Shown here: positions 8,095-17,981 of the stretch, in pieces
Position numbering within the stretch: the stretch's first letter is position 1
Layout: each line of letters begins with the position of its first letter
Source of the DNA: a virus
Taxonomy: Duplodnaviria > Heunggongvirae > Uroviricota > Caudoviricetes
Virus record (IMG/VR): IMGVR_UViG_651324052_000001
Location: 96,603-160,602 of that record
Strand: one strand, 5' to 3'
DNA: 64,000 nucleotides
Program-made: the position numbers and the translations under genes
Notes under the pieces: generated by a model
Databases searched by the model: none
The model's input: only the letters and a program-made list of their open reading frames with translations
What the model was told of the DNA's origin: nothing

Positions 8095-8277
8095 ATGAAT
8101 TATCCATTTTATTGTCCTAAGTGTGGATACAAAGAAATTATTACCATGTCAATGAAGGAATACGTTGGAGAAGGACATATGTGTCCGGAATGTGGCGAAG
8201 AAATGAAACGAGAAATCGAATCTATGGTCTGTAGGAGCATTGATAAAACAGGAGATTTTTATAGAAGTTTTAATTAA
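8095..8277 (+). CDS. zinc-ribbon protein
   Basis: CPKC ... CPEC; AAGGAGG RBS. Confidence 0.5.
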   Translation: MNYPFYCPKCGYKEIITMSMKEYVGEGHMCPECGEEMKREIESMVCRSIDKTGDFYRSFN

Positions 8278-8387
8278 AAAATTGTGCTGCTACGGTAGCA
8301 CAAAATAAGGATCATTGGCGCAATGGTATTAAATCAATTTGGAATATAGGAGAGGGTGTTTTTATAGAAGGAAAACATAATACATAT

Positions 8388-9575
8388 GTGGATTGTGGAG
8401 AATATTATAAAGGAATTACAAAGCGACATAATGAATTTTATTTTGATAAGGAAGATTATGAATTAGTATCTAAACATTATTGGCTGTTAGATAGTTCCAA
8501 AAATGTTATAACAAAAATTGATGGAAAGAATATTTCAATGCATAAACTTTTGTTTGGGAATGGCGCTTATAAACATATTGATAATAACAATTCAAATAAC
8601 AGAAGAGAAAATATTGCTCCAGTTAAAGGGTTCAAAAATTCCGGGAAGACATATCTATGTGGATATATTGCTGTTTACATGCCTGAACACAAAAGGGCGT
8701 TCAAGGATAATGGGAGTGTATATGAACATATTCTAGTAGCAGAAAGAATATTAGGAAGAGAACTCAAAGATGGTGAATGCGTTCATCATATAGATGGAGA
8801 TAGAACAAATAATTCAGAAGATAATTTAATGGTGTTTTCCACAAATAACGATCATATTGCTTGTCATGGTGGCTGTGAGATAATAAAACAAGAAGATGGA
8901 ACTTATAAGTCAAAGCAAAAAAGGTTTAGATATTTTTATAACAATAGAACAAAAGAGGATATAGATAATAATATTGAAGATGTGGGAAGTATCACCATAA
9001 TTCCAAGCGGGTACGATATGTGTCCTATCTGTAAGAAAAGATTAAAAAGTTATAAATCAAAAATGTGTATGAAATGCAGAAATGAAGAAATGAGAAAGAA
9101 TATCCCTTCTAAAGAGGAATTAGAAAAGTATATATATCAGGAAAAAGAATATTACAGACTTATGTGTGGAGTATATAGCAAAGCTGATGACAAAGGTGCA
9201 ATGTTTGATGCAAGATGTTTCAATATTCCAAAAGAAGAAGTAACAAATAATATTTATTGGAGACAACTTGATGCAACGAGAAATTCTATTCAAATGGTAG
9301 GACAAACTAATTTTTCACATAAAGAATTACAGAATAAATCGTGCAATCAAATTCAAGACATGTTATTTACACAAAAAGGAATTAACTGGAATGATATTTC
9401 TACATATTTAAAAAGAGGAAGTTGCTGCATTAGAGAGAATTATATTTTTGAAAATTCAAATCCAAATAAAGAGACGTGTGTAGAACGAAGTCGTTGGATA
9501 ATCGACAAAGAAATACCTATTTTTAAGGGAGAGAACAGAGAATATATTGATAGGTTGGTATATGTAGGAGAATAA
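8388..9575 (+). CDS. HNH homing endonuclease (free-standing)
   Basis: HNH_3-like core EHILVAERILGREL...CVHHIDGDRTNNSEDNLMV; GTG start. Confidence 0.7.
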   Translation: MDCGEYYKGITKRHNEFYFDKEDYELVSKHYWLLDSSKNVITKIDGKNISMHKLLFGNGAYKHIDNNNSNNRRENIAPVKGFKNSGKTYLCGYIAVYMPEHKRAFKDNGSVYEHILVAERILGRELKDGECVHHIDGDRTNNSEDNLMVFSTNNDHIACHGGCEIIKQEDGTYKSKQKRFRYFYNNRTKEDIDNNIEDVGSITIIPSGYDMCPICKKRLKSYKSKMCMKCRNEEMRKNIPSKEELEKYIYQEKEYYRLMCGVYSKADDKGAMFDARCFNIPKEEVTNNIYWRQLDATRNSIQMVGQTNFSHKELQNKSCNQIQDMLFTQKGINWNDISTYLKRGSCCIRENYIFENSNPNKETCVERSRWIIDKEIPIFKGENREYIDRLVYVGE

Positions 9576-9602
9576 AACTGTGATTTCAAGAAGAGGAATA
9601 CT

Positions 9603-9998
9603 ATGAAGAAGAAAGATAAATACAAGATATTTAATTATGCAAAAGAGCAATATTCAAAGGATTTTAATCGAAATTATGCGTTTAAACATTTATCAAAAAA
9701 GGAATTATACAAATTATTAGAAAAAAACAGGCATTCCAGCATGTGCGAATGGGATTATTGTTGTTGTGGATTATATTGCAATTGCTGGCAAGAACCTTAT
9801 GAAGAAGGGAACTGGAATATGACTCAGGAAAACGTTAATGATTTCATTAGACATACTATCGATAAAACTGCAAAGATTTGTAGAAAAGACAGTAGGATGT
9901 TGTATTGTGAAACAAACGAAGAAGTTAATATTGTTATTATAGCAAGGGATGTATTCCAAATGGACTATTTAATTACATTTACAAATGAAGAGATTTAA
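9603..9998 (+). CDS. hypothetical Cys-rich protein
   Basis: 131 aa; CEWDYCCCGLYCNCW cluster. Confidence 0.45.
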   Translation: MKKKDKYKIFNYAKEQYSKDFNRNYAFKHLSKKELYKLLEKNRHSSMCEWDYCCCGLYCNCWQEPYEEGNWNMTQENVNDFIRHTIDKTAKICRKDSRMLYCETNEEVNIVIIARDVFQMDYLITFTNEEI

Positions 9999-10019
9999 AA
10001 TTTACAGGTAACAATTAGT

Positions 10020-10306
10020 ATGGAAGAAATTATATTAAGAAAAAATATCCAGATTTTATTGACAATGAATATCTATGTGAAATTACAAAATTCTTAGATG
10101 ATGATATTCGGAATAATTATGGAGAGTTCAATTCATATTTTAAATGTTATGTATATGATTGCAGAAGTTGGCATAATGATTGTTTTGCGATTCGTATGCC
10201 TGGTTCAACAATTGGACGTATCAGATTTAATGATAAAAATGTAATCACAGAATGTTGTATCTATGACGATATTTTAAAAAGAGTTCTTGCTTTTCCGAAG
10301 ATATAA
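10020..10306 (+). CDS. hypothetical protein, frame-disrupted at an A6 tract (10040-10045)
   Basis: ATG 10020 opens a 27-codon ORF; a protein-like 95-codon ORF in the -1 frame (10019..10306) has no start; the frames meet at A AAA AAT. Confidence 0.3.
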
Positions 10307-10369
10307 ATGAGCAACTGAAGCGATTTGTTGGAAGTATATTAAAATTTCCAGAAGAATAGAGGTGAGGGA

Positions 10370-10969
10370 GTGAATTACTATATTAGTGACTTGCATTTGT
10401 TTCATAAGAATGTGACGAATGAAGGCTCAAATTTTGATAATAGACCATTTAACACAATGAAAGAAATGCATGATGTGATTAAGAAAAATTGGAATTTAAA
10501 AGTGACAAATGCAGATCATGTATATATTTTAGGAGATTTGGCATGGAAAGAAAATGAAGATGCGATTGAATTAGTTAGCACATTACGAGGCAATAAACAT
10601 TTAATTCTAGGTAATCATGACAAAGCAACAGATCAAAGGTATCGACAGTTATTTGTAGAAGTTACGAATTATAAAGAAGCAAAAGATAATATGGATGGGA
10701 GAGAATATCATATTGTAATGTCGCACTTTCCTTTAGCTTTTTGGAATCATCAGCATCATTACAGAAGAGACAGAGAAAAACATAAGGTATGGTCAATTCA
10801 TTTATATGGACATGTCCACAACTCTGTTGAAGAAAGCTGTTATCAAGAATTTATCAAGATGCTAAACAGTAAATATGATATTAAATGTATCGCAAAAAAC
10901 GTAGGGTGTATGTTGTGGAATTATACACCGATAACATTGAGAGAATTATTGAATGATAGAGGAGAATAA
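10370..10969 (+). CDS. calcineurin-like metallophosphoesterase
   Basis: MPP motifs DLHLFH, ILGDLAW and LGNHD. Confidence 0.65.
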   Translation: MNYYISDLHLFHKNVTNEGSNFDNRPFNTMKEMHDVIKKNWNLKVTNADHVYILGDLAWKENEDAIELVSTLRGNKHLILGNHDKATDQRYRQLFVEVTNYKEAKDNMDGREYHIVMSHFPLAFWNHQHHYRRDREKHKVWSIHLYGHVHNSVEESCYQEFIKMLNSKYDIKCIAKNVGCMLWNYTPITLRELLNDRGE

Positions 10970-11084
10970 ATATGAGAGTGATGTTAAATCAACCAATGAC
11001 TGGTAAAACAGATGAAGAAATTGTAAATACAAGAGAAAAGGCAGTTGCTTACGGATTAGATATTATCTACGAGGAGTAAAATCA

Positions 11085-11387
11085 ATGATTGGTTTTGAAA
11101 TACATGGAATTCATAATGTAAGCTTTGCAGATCTTAAAACTGGAAAGAAGATAAATATAGAAAATGCAGAAGTGTCAGTATTGAGTGAGGATGATATTAA
11201 ACAAAAATCTACTGGTAAACTAGATATTTCTAAAACAGCAAATTTTACATGTAAACTTACATATATAAATAGGAAGGAACTCTTTCAGGCACTATATGGA
11301 ATTACAAATAATTACCGGCGATTACATGGTGGACATGCTTTGAGAGAAACAACCAGAAGAAGATGGGTAATGAAACATAAAAGATAA
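11085..11387 (+). CDS. hypothetical protein
   Basis: 100 aa; GAGGAG RBS. Confidence 0.45.
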   Translation: MIGFEIHGIHNVSFADLKTGKKINIENAEVSVLSEDDIKQKSTGKLDISKTANFTCKLTYINRKELFQALYGITNNYRRLHGGHALRETTRRRWVMKHKR

Positions 11388-11405
11388 TAAAGTGAGGTAA
11401 TAGGT

Positions 11406-13463
11406 ATGGAATTTAAAGAATTTAGAAGTATGATTTCTGATCGTTTTAATGAAATGACGAAAAATGTTGACAGATTATTTGAAGTTGGCATTGATAAAGA
11501 TGAAATGTGGAATGTATATCTTGATAGTTTCCCTGACGGAACAAATGAGATTTACAGAAAAAGAAGAAAATATGACTGTAGTTGTTGCAGACAATTTATT
11601 AAACAAATTGGCAATGTTGTAACAATTAAAGGCAATAAATTAGAAACAATTTGGGATTTGGATATTCATGATGACAAATTTGAACCGGTTGCAAAAGCCA
11701 TGTCTGATTTTGTAAGAAGACACTGTGTAACAGACGTGTATGTAAGCAAATTTAAAAAGATTGGAACAGGATATAATTTCGAACAGTATGAAGACGGAAC
11801 AATGAAAAAGTGGGAACATTTCCAAATTATTTTAGAGGATAAATTTGTAGACAAAACCGCTCGTTCAATTGGAGATATTAAGGGTGTATTTAGAGACACA
11901 AAAAATGTATTTAAAAGATCACTTGATGAAATTTCTATGGATGCATTAGATACAGTGCTTGAACTTATCAACACAAATACTTTATACAAAGGGGAAGAAT
12001 GGAAGAACATTCTGAATGAGTTTAAAAGGTATAAGAAAGAATATGAAAAATTAAATTCTGATAATGACCGTGATTTATATGCATGGGAGAATTCTGTAAA
12101 AGCGGGTGTTGCAATTGGAAGAATTAGAAATCACAGTATTGGAACACTTCTTGTAAATGTAAGCAATGACATGAATCTTGATACGGCTGTAAAAAAATAT
12201 GAACAAATTGTAGCACCGGCAAATTATAAAAGACCTAAAGCAATTTTCACGAAAAAGATGTTGGAAGATGCAAAGAGGACAATTTCTGAATTAGGATATA
12301 TGGATTCTCTCAATAGAAGATTTGCAACTTTGGATGATATTACGGTGAATAATATTTTGTTTTCAAACAAAGATGCAGCGAAACGAATTTCAGATTCATC
12401 TGATATATTTGGAGAATTAGAAAAACAAGTTATGGTTAATCCAAGAAAATTTTCAAGAGTAGAAGAAATTTCTGCAAATGATTTCATTAATAATGTATTA
12501 CCGACAGCGAAAGAAGTAGAAGTTTTAGTGGAGAATAAACATTCGAATAATTTTGTTTCTCTAATTGCTCCTTGTAACAAAGAATCTAAATCTATGTTTA
12601 AATGGAATAACGGATTGAGTTGGGCTTATTCAGGGAATATTACAGATTCAGATATGAAGCAGAATGTAAAAGCTGCAGGCGGAAATGTGGAGGGTGTTCT
12701 TAGATTCTCTATCCAATGGAATGAAGATGGAAGAGATAACTGTGACTTGGATGCACACTGCATTGAACCAAATGGAAATAAAATTTACTTTAATAATTGT
12801 AGAAAACCATCTTTTTCATCCATGACTGGACAGCTTGACGTAGATATTATTAATCCAAATGGAAAGGTTGCCGTGGAAAATATTACATGGTCAGATAAAT
12901 CAAAAATGCAACCTGGTGTTTACAAATTTTTTGTTAATCAGTTTTCAGGAAGTGTACGAAATGGATTTAGAGCAGAAATCGAATTTAATGGAGAGATTCA
13001 TTCTTTTGATTATAATAATTCGATGAGAGTTGGACAAGATGTTTATGTCGCAGAAGTAACGTTGGATGATAATGGTGGATTTACAATTAAAGAAAAAATT
13101 TCCGGAAACTCTAAAATCTCAAGTAAAACAGTCTGGGGAGTTTCAACAAATGAGTTTACGCCGGTATCGGTAATTTGTTATAGTCCAAATTATTTTGACG
13201 AACAGGAGGGTATTGGTCATAGACATTTGTTCTTTATGCTGAACGGATGTAAAAATGATGAAGAACCAAATGGATACTATAATGAATTCTTAAAGAGTGA
13301 ATTAGAAAAGCATAAACGAGTATTTGAAGCTCTTGGATCAAAATGCCATGTAGAAGATTCTGATGATCAACTTTCTGGAATTGGTTTTAGTATGACGAAA
13401 AGAGCAGAACTGGTTGTAAAAGTAAAAGGTGCAACAGAGAGAATTTTGAAAATTAAGTTTTAA
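11406..13463 (+). CDS. large hypothetical protein with a TerD-like segment
   Basis: 685 aa; segment LRFSIQW...DLDAHC...KIYFNN...GQLDVDII...AVENITW...VYKFFV resembles the TerD beta-sandwich signature. Confidence 0.5.
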   Translation: MEFKEFRSMISDRFNEMTKNVDRLFEVGIDKDEMWNVYLDSFPDGTNEIYRKRRKYDCSCCRQFIKQIGNVVTIKGNKLETIWDLDIHDDKFEPVAKAMSDFVRRHCVTDVYVSKFKKIGTGYNFEQYEDGTMKKWEHFQIILEDKFVDKTARSIGDIKGVFRDTKNVFKRSLDEISMDALDTVLELINTNTLYKGEEWKNILNEFKRYKKEYEKLNSDNDRDLYAWENSVKAGVAIGRIRNHSIGTLLVNVSNDMNLDTAVKKYEQIVAPANYKRPKAIFTKKMLEDAKRTISELGYMDSLNRRFATLDDITVNNILFSNKDAAKRISDSSDIFGELEKQVMVNPRKFSRVEEISANDFINNVLPTAKEVEVLVENKHSNNFVSLIAPCNKESKSMFKWNNGLSWAYSGNITDSDMKQNVKAAGGNVEGVLRFSIQWNEDGRDNCDLDAHCIEPNGNKIYFNNCRKPSFSSMTGQLDVDIINPNGKVAVENITWSDKSKMQPGVYKFFVNQFSGSVRNGFRAEIEFNGEIHSFDYNNSMRVGQDVYVAEVTLDDNGGFTIKEKISGNSKISSKTVWGVSTNEFTPVSVICYSPNYFDEQEGIGHRHLFFMLNGCKNDEEPNGYYNEFLKSELEKHKRVFEALGSKCHVEDSDDQLSGIGFSMTKRAELVVKVKGATERILKIKF

Positions 13464-13483
13464 TTAAGAAGGAGAATATTGAT

Positions 13484-13861
13484 ATGAGTACGAATATGTT
13501 TGAAATTGCTGCTAGAAACAAATTTAGATTTCCATTTAAAGGTATGATTTCTACTGAAGATCTATGGGATTTAAGTGTAGAAAATCTTGACAATGTATTT
13601 AAGACACTTAATTCTGAGATGAAGAAAACAAAAGAAGAAAGTCTTTTGAGTACAAAGAGCAAGGCTGATGAAATGCTTGAACTCAAAATTGAAATTGTTA
13701 AACATATTGTAACGGTAAAACAGGAAGAGAAAGAAGCAAGAGAAAAGAAATTCTTGGATAGAGAGCGAAACCAGAAGATTATGTCTATTATTGCTGCGAA
13801 GCAGGATGAACAGTTGCATAACATGTCAGTCGAAGAATTGCAGAAATTGCTTGTAGAGTAA
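13484..13861 (+). CDS. hypothetical protein
   Basis: 125 aa; AAGGAG RBS. Confidence 0.5.
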   Translation: MSTNMFEIAARNKFRFPFKGMISTEDLWDLSVENLDNVFKTLNSEMKKTKEESLLSTKSKADEMLELKIEIVKHIVTVKQEEKEAREKKFLDRERNQKIMSIIAAKQDEQLHNMSVEELQKLLVE

Positions 13862-13867
13862 ATAAAA

Positions 13868-13905
13868 AGACACACATCTCGGCGACCAAACTTTGATGTG
13901 TGTCT
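13868..13905 (+). terminator. hairpin (11-bp stem AGACACACATC / GATGTGTGTCT), terminator-like
   Basis: Directly after the stop at 13861; no clean U-tract; followed by copy 2 of the conserved motif. Confidence 0.4.
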
Positions 13906-13975
13906 GTAAACACAAATACATTGAACATAATTGGAATTCAATGCAACTACTATATTACATATCTTTTTGTGCTTA

Positions 13976-14010
13976 GTCAAGCATTGATTTCCAAATTTAA
14001 AAATTGAATA
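13976..14010 (+). promoter_or_regulatory. conserved promoter-like motif, copy 2
   Basis: GTCAAGCATT + TTTCCAAATTT + AAAAATTGAATA, immediately upstream of the RBS and start at 14020. Confidence 0.3.
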
Positions 14011-14019
14011 TAGATAGGA

Positions 14020-14304
14020 GTGATTATTATAGAAGAGTATAAACCTATTTGCTTTACTTATTATGATCCAAAGACAAGCATTTTCAAATCTGATAGACAC
14101 GACAGAGAACGTGTTTCAGTTTATAAGTGTAGAAATTGTGAAAATTGTAATGCGTATAAGAAAAAGAAATGCGTGATGTTGAATGGGGTATGGAGGCATA
14201 GTTGTCCTTACGGCACAATTGAAAAGAAAGAGGGATTTACAAAAGCAGCACGTAAATGCGGATATTTAGTAAGTGAATATAAGAAAAAAATACGGAGATG
14301 TTGA
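14020..14304 (+). CDS. hypothetical Cys-rich protein
   Basis: GTG start; CRNCENCNAY...C; an A7 tract at 14284-14290 could fuse it to the next ORF. Confidence 0.4.
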   Translation: MIIIEEYKPICFTYYDPKTSIFKSDRHDRERVSVYKCRNCENCNAYKKKKCVMLNGVWRHSCPYGTIEKKEGFTKAARKCGYLVSEYKKKIRRC

Positions 14305-14854
14305 ATATGCGTTAAAATCATTAAATTTTGTATGTGAAATTGGAGATTATGTTTTTCTTGGATTACCGCATCTTAATGGATATAATAATCCGATTCGAAA
14401 TAGTGATTTCTTTATAGATGATGACATGATTAAAAAAGATGATTTTACACCTGAATTCGTTGTAGAGCTTATTAAATATAAACCATATGCGCTCATGGGT
14501 GGAGTAATTTCTTCTTATCAGAAAGAATATGTCCCAAAGTTTTGTGACAAACTAAAAAGATTTATGCCTAATATGTATAAAAATGTATATGAAATTTATC
14601 CGGAAATTGAACAGATAGTGGAGAATATTGATTATATAGGAAAGAGAGCAAAATTGATTACTCTTCTTCCTGGAGAAGTTAAATTATCGACAGATGTTCT
14701 TGAATGGGATGGTGAATTATTACACGGAAAAGGTAAACAAATTTCATTTTGGAAATTAGACGATGAAGAAGTAACCATTGTTCCAAACAAAAATACAATG
14801 GTAACAATTTATGATAATTCAACTGTGACCGAAGAAACAGAATTTGAAGAATAA
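14273..14854 (+). CDS. hypothetical protein
   Basis: 193 aa; GTG start without RBS, consistent with being the continuation of 14020.. Confidence 0.45.
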   Translation: MNIRKKYGDVEYALKSLNFVCEIGDYVFLGLPHLNGYNNPIRNSDFFIDDDMIKKDDFTPEFVVELIKYKPYALMGGVISSYQKEYVPKFCDKLKRFMPNMYKNVYEIYPEIEQIVENIDYIGKRAKLITLLPGEVKLSTDVLEWDGELLHGKGKQISFWKLDDEEVTIVPNKNTMVTIYDNSTVTEETEFEE

Positions 14855-14867
14855 GAGGTGGAATAAG

Positions 14868-15209
14868 ATGAAACGCAAAGTTGGAGATAAAGTTAGAATT
14901 CGTCCTGATTTAAAATCTAATATCGAGTATGGTTGTGTCGAAGCCGTAGACGAAATGTGTACCCTGCAAGGACAGATTATGAAAATCAGTGAAGTATGCA
15001 CAGAGAATAAATATTATCTTATGGAAGAAGATCATGGGGATTTCTTATGGACGGACGAAATGTTTGATAGTTCCATGACAAATGGAGAAATGATTCGTTC
15101 AATGTCAGATGAGGAATTAGCTGATTGGTTAGTAGAGGTGTACAAGAATACGAAAACATTTGATGAGATATATGAATGGTTAAAAGAAAGATGGTGTGAA
15201 GGTGAATAA
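14868..15209 (+). CDS. hypothetical protein
   Basis: ATG 14868 after AGAGGTGG (track start 14844). Confidence 0.45.
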   Translation: MKRKVGDKVRIRPDLKSNIEYGCVEAVDEMCTLQGQIMKISEVCTENKYYLMEEDHGDFLWTDEMFDSSMTNGEMIRSMSDEELADWLVEVYKNTKTFDEIYEWLKERWCEGE

Positions 15210-15405
15210 AGAAGCGTATGATAAGGCAAAACAATTAAACAATGATATCCGGGCTATTAATTACAATTTAAGAAAGATAAAAGAAGATAATGTGTCGATT
15301 ATAATTCAAACACCGTTTTCTTTTTCTTCGAGACTTGAAAGAGAGTTTATTGAATGGTTAGAAGAGAAGGCAGATGAATATCAGAAAGAATTTGACGAGT
15401 TATAA
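15196..15405 (+). CDS. hypothetical protein
   Basis: 69 aa; GTG start. Confidence 0.4.
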   Translation: MKVNKEAYDKAKQLNNDIRAINYNLRKIKEDNVSIIIQTPFSFSSRLEREFIEWLEEKADEYQKEFDEL

Positions 15406-15424
15406 GATATGAGGTGCGAAATAA

Positions 15425-15808
15425 ATGGAAGATAAACATGACGAGTATTCGCTAGAAACGGATGATATTAAGTTCATTTGGGGCAAGAAATCATGTACTG
15501 ATTTATCTGATTCAGATGCAAGCTTATATACAATAAATGACATTGATATTGTGTATGACAAGAAAGAAAACAAATATATGCTTGGAATTGAAACGGCTTA
15601 TATATTTGAAAATCATGCCGCAGAATGCAGTTACCTTAAAGATTGTTTGGCAGCATTTACAAAATACATGGATGACAATGGATTAAAAAAGAATGAGCCA
15701 TATCGACTTTTCATGAATAATCTTTGTACAAGTATTAAAGCTGATAGTATCGAAGAGTTATATACAAATTTCAAAATTTTTGTAGATGGGTTTTCAATCA
15801 GTATTTAG
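15425..15808 (+). CDS. hypothetical protein
   Basis: 127 aa. Confidence 0.45.
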   Translation: MEDKHDEYSLETDDIKFIWGKKSCTDLSDSDASLYTINDIDIVYDKKENKYMLGIETAYIFENHAAECSYLKDCLAAFTKYMDDNGLKKNEPYRLFMNNLCTSIKADSIEELYTNFKIFVDGFSISI

Positions 15809-15840
15809 AAGATAAAGATTAAGAAATTGAGGTGAAATAA

Positions 15841-16167
15841 ATGACAACTAAAGAATTGGGAAAAATTACTTTTGCAGAGTTTGGGACTAATAAAGATTAT
15901 CCATTTCTAATTGGTTTACACCTCTGCTTTAAAATTGAAAGTAGAGGGGTCGGTGATGGTGGAAAATATACAGTTAATATTAGTCCGGAATGTAAATGGA
16001 AAGAGTTAAACCGAGAGGCAACAATTACTAAATATATCGAAGAAATTGATAGGATATTAAAGGATGCAAAAGTTAATTATGTATCTGAACTTCTAAATAA
16101 ACCAGTAGAGGTTACTATTGAAAATAATACATTTAAGGAATTCAGAATTCTTACAGAAGTATTATAG
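15841..16167 (+). CDS. hypothetical protein
   Basis: 108 aa; GAGGTG RBS. Confidence 0.45.
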   Translation: MTTKELGKITFAEFGTNKDYPFLIGLHLCFKIESRGVGDGGKYTVNISPECKWKELNREATITKYIEEIDRILKDAKVNYVSELLNKPVEVTIENNTFKEFRILTEVL

Positions 16168-16266
16168 ATACATCAAGGAATAATTCAAAGCATTTGAGGA
16201 GAGTGAGCAAGTGGTTTTTAAAGAAAGTAAATAGCAAAGTATTTAAGATTGAATTGAGGTGGATAA

Positions 16267-16584
16267 ATGAGATTGTTTTATTGTCCGAAATGTAATAAAG
16301 AAAAAATAAGCACCAATGATATTTACAGAGGTGAATATACTATTAGTAATATGCGAGGCGGTTATGGTAGACCTATAAGACATTATAAATGTGAATGCGG
16401 TAATTATCTCGCTGGTTCAATAGATATTAGCGGCTGGGAAGATGATGAGGATTCAATTAAGTATTGCAAAGATACCATTAATGAATATAACAAAAATGGT
16501 TGTTTTTATAACTTGTCTATAGAAAACGGAATAGATCCTTTTGAAAGAGCAAAGCAGGTATATGAGGAGAAAAGAAATAGATGA
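16267..16584 (+). CDS. zinc-ribbon protein
   Basis: CPKC...CECG; GAGGTGG RBS. Confidence 0.45.
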   Translation: MRLFYCPKCNKEKISTNDIYRGEYTISNMRGGYGRPIRHYKCECGNYLAGSIDISGWEDDEDSIKYCKDTINEYNKNGCFYNLSIENGIDPFERAKQVYEEKRNR

Positions 16585-16621
16585 ATAATTTATCAAATGA
16601 AAACTGGATTTCAATTTCAAA

Positions 16622-16921
16622 TTGATTGGGGAGATAGAAATGAAACCGAAACTTGGCAGAAAAGTATACTGCATTTATGAAACAGGAATTATGGTCGATC
16701 GTGTTGGCTATCTCGGGAAAGATAGTTTTATAGTTGAAGGTTATGGATTATCGACAGAACCGAGTAGTTGGGAATGGAGCTATGATATGCATGGGAAACG
16801 ATGGTTTACAAACTTATCAGAAGCTAAAAAGGCATTGATTGATATTTATAAAGAAAAATATGAAAACAAGCTTAAGGTAGTGAAAATTTCAGAGGATTGG
16901 TATGCACTTGAGTTTTGTTAA
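16622..16921 (+). CDS. hypothetical protein
   Basis: 99 aa. Confidence 0.45.
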   Translation: MIGEIEMKPKLGRKVYCIYETGIMVDRVGYLGKDSFIVEGYGLSTEPSSWEWSYDMHGKRWFTNLSEAKKALIDIYKEKYENKLKVVKISEDWYALEFC

Positions 16922-16958
16922 TATGTACAAGAAGTTTTAGTTAAAAAGGAGAAAGATT

Positions 16959-17981
16959 ATGAGATTAAAAAATACATGGATTAATGGAGATTGTTTGAAA
17001 GAATTAAAAAAGATGGATGATGAAAGTGTAGACTTGGTAATCACTTCACCACCATATCATAACCTGAGAGTATATAGTAACGATCCTTGTGACTTAAGTA
17101 ATTGTGAGTCATATGAAGAATATTATTATTTACTTGGCTTAGTTATTGCAGAATGTTCAAGAGTATTAAAACCAGGTGGAAAATTTGTAATGCAGTTTGA
17201 AGACTATAATTACACAATTGGTAGAGATAATAAAATGGGACAAGAAAGTTTAACTGGTGATATTGATAGAATTATGAAAGAACATGATATGTCACTTTGG
17301 ACTAAAGCATTTTGGAGAAAATATTCTGCACAGAGAGCCATGCTTGCACAAGGCAACTTGTATTATAGAAATATGAAAGCTAGAGATACAATCCTTGCCG
17401 CAAATGTAGGTTTTGTGTATGTATATAAAAAAGCTGGCGAATGTGAACTCATTAAAGCATCAGATATTACTCTTGAAGAATGGGCTGATTGGGCGGATGG
17501 TGTTTGGAATATCTCAAATTCTGGAATTGGACACACAACACCTTTTGCCGAAGAACTTGTAAAAAGATGTATTAAATTATGGTCTTGTCCTGGTGATGTG
17601 ATTTTAGATCCTTTCGCAGGAGCAGGAACTGTTAATAAAGTGGCTATTGAAAATAATAGAAATGCTATTGGAATTGAATTGAAGAAAGAATTTTATGATT
17701 TAGCAAATGTAGAAAGATTTAATAAGTGGGATGATTCTGTCTATGAGACAGAGGATTCAATTGAAAAAATGAAAGAGCGGTTTAATGAGCAATTACTCAT
17801 TGGGAAAGAACAGAGTGCAAGAGGTAAAGCAGAAAAAGAAGAACAGAAACAATTGCGTGACAGAAAGAAAGAACTTAGATCAGAAATTAAAGAACTTGAA
17901 GCGCAGCTAAATGCTCTTGGTATGAAGAAATCTGAAATTAAGAAATTAAAAGATTCTGTAAAGGAAGAAACGAATGATTAG
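16959..17981 (+). CDS. DNA methyltransferase (N6-adenine/N4-cytosine class) with C-terminal coiled coil
   Basis: Motif IV DLVITSPPY; motif I DVILDPFAGAGTV. Confidence 0.75.
   Translation: MRLKNTWINGDCLKELKKMDDESVDLVITSPPYHNLRVYSNDPCDLSNCESYEEYYYLLGLVIAECSRVLKPGGKFVMQFEDYNYTIGRDNKMGQESLTGDIDRIMKEHDMSLWTKAFWRKYSAQRAMLAQGNLYYRNMKARDTILAANVGFVYVYKKAGECELIKASDITLEEWADWADGVWNISNSGIGHTTPFAEELVKRCIKLWSCPGDVILDPFAGAGTVNKVAIENNRNAIGIELKKEFYDLANVERFNKWDDSVYETEDSIEKMKERFNEQLLIGKEQSARGKAEKEEQKQLRDRKKELRSEIKELEAQLNALGMKKSEIKKLKDSVKEETND

Noticed and set aside
8282-8303. Hairpin TTGTGCT...AGCACAA after the zinc-ribbon gene, as a + strand terminator
   Set aside because: Imperfect stem and no downstream U-tract on the + strand (the T-run is on the opposite strand). 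Left unannotated.
10972-11079. 36-aa ORF between the metallophosphoesterase and the next gene; also the 29-aa ORF at 22160..22249
   Set aside because: Too short and without distinctive features to call. The GAGGAG within 10972..11079 more plausibly serves as the RBS of 11085.
13453-14100. 215-aa minus-strand ORF, and other minus-strand ORFs in the track (e.g. 5335..5916, 58123..58680, 60415..60951, 62332..63849)
   Set aside because: All lie antisense inside well-supported + strand genes or across a terminator/promoter region, have low-complexity I/F/S/L-rich translations, and lack RBSs. They are typical spurious ORFs of AT-rich DNA. Only 2031..2255 (HTH) is accepted on the minus strand.
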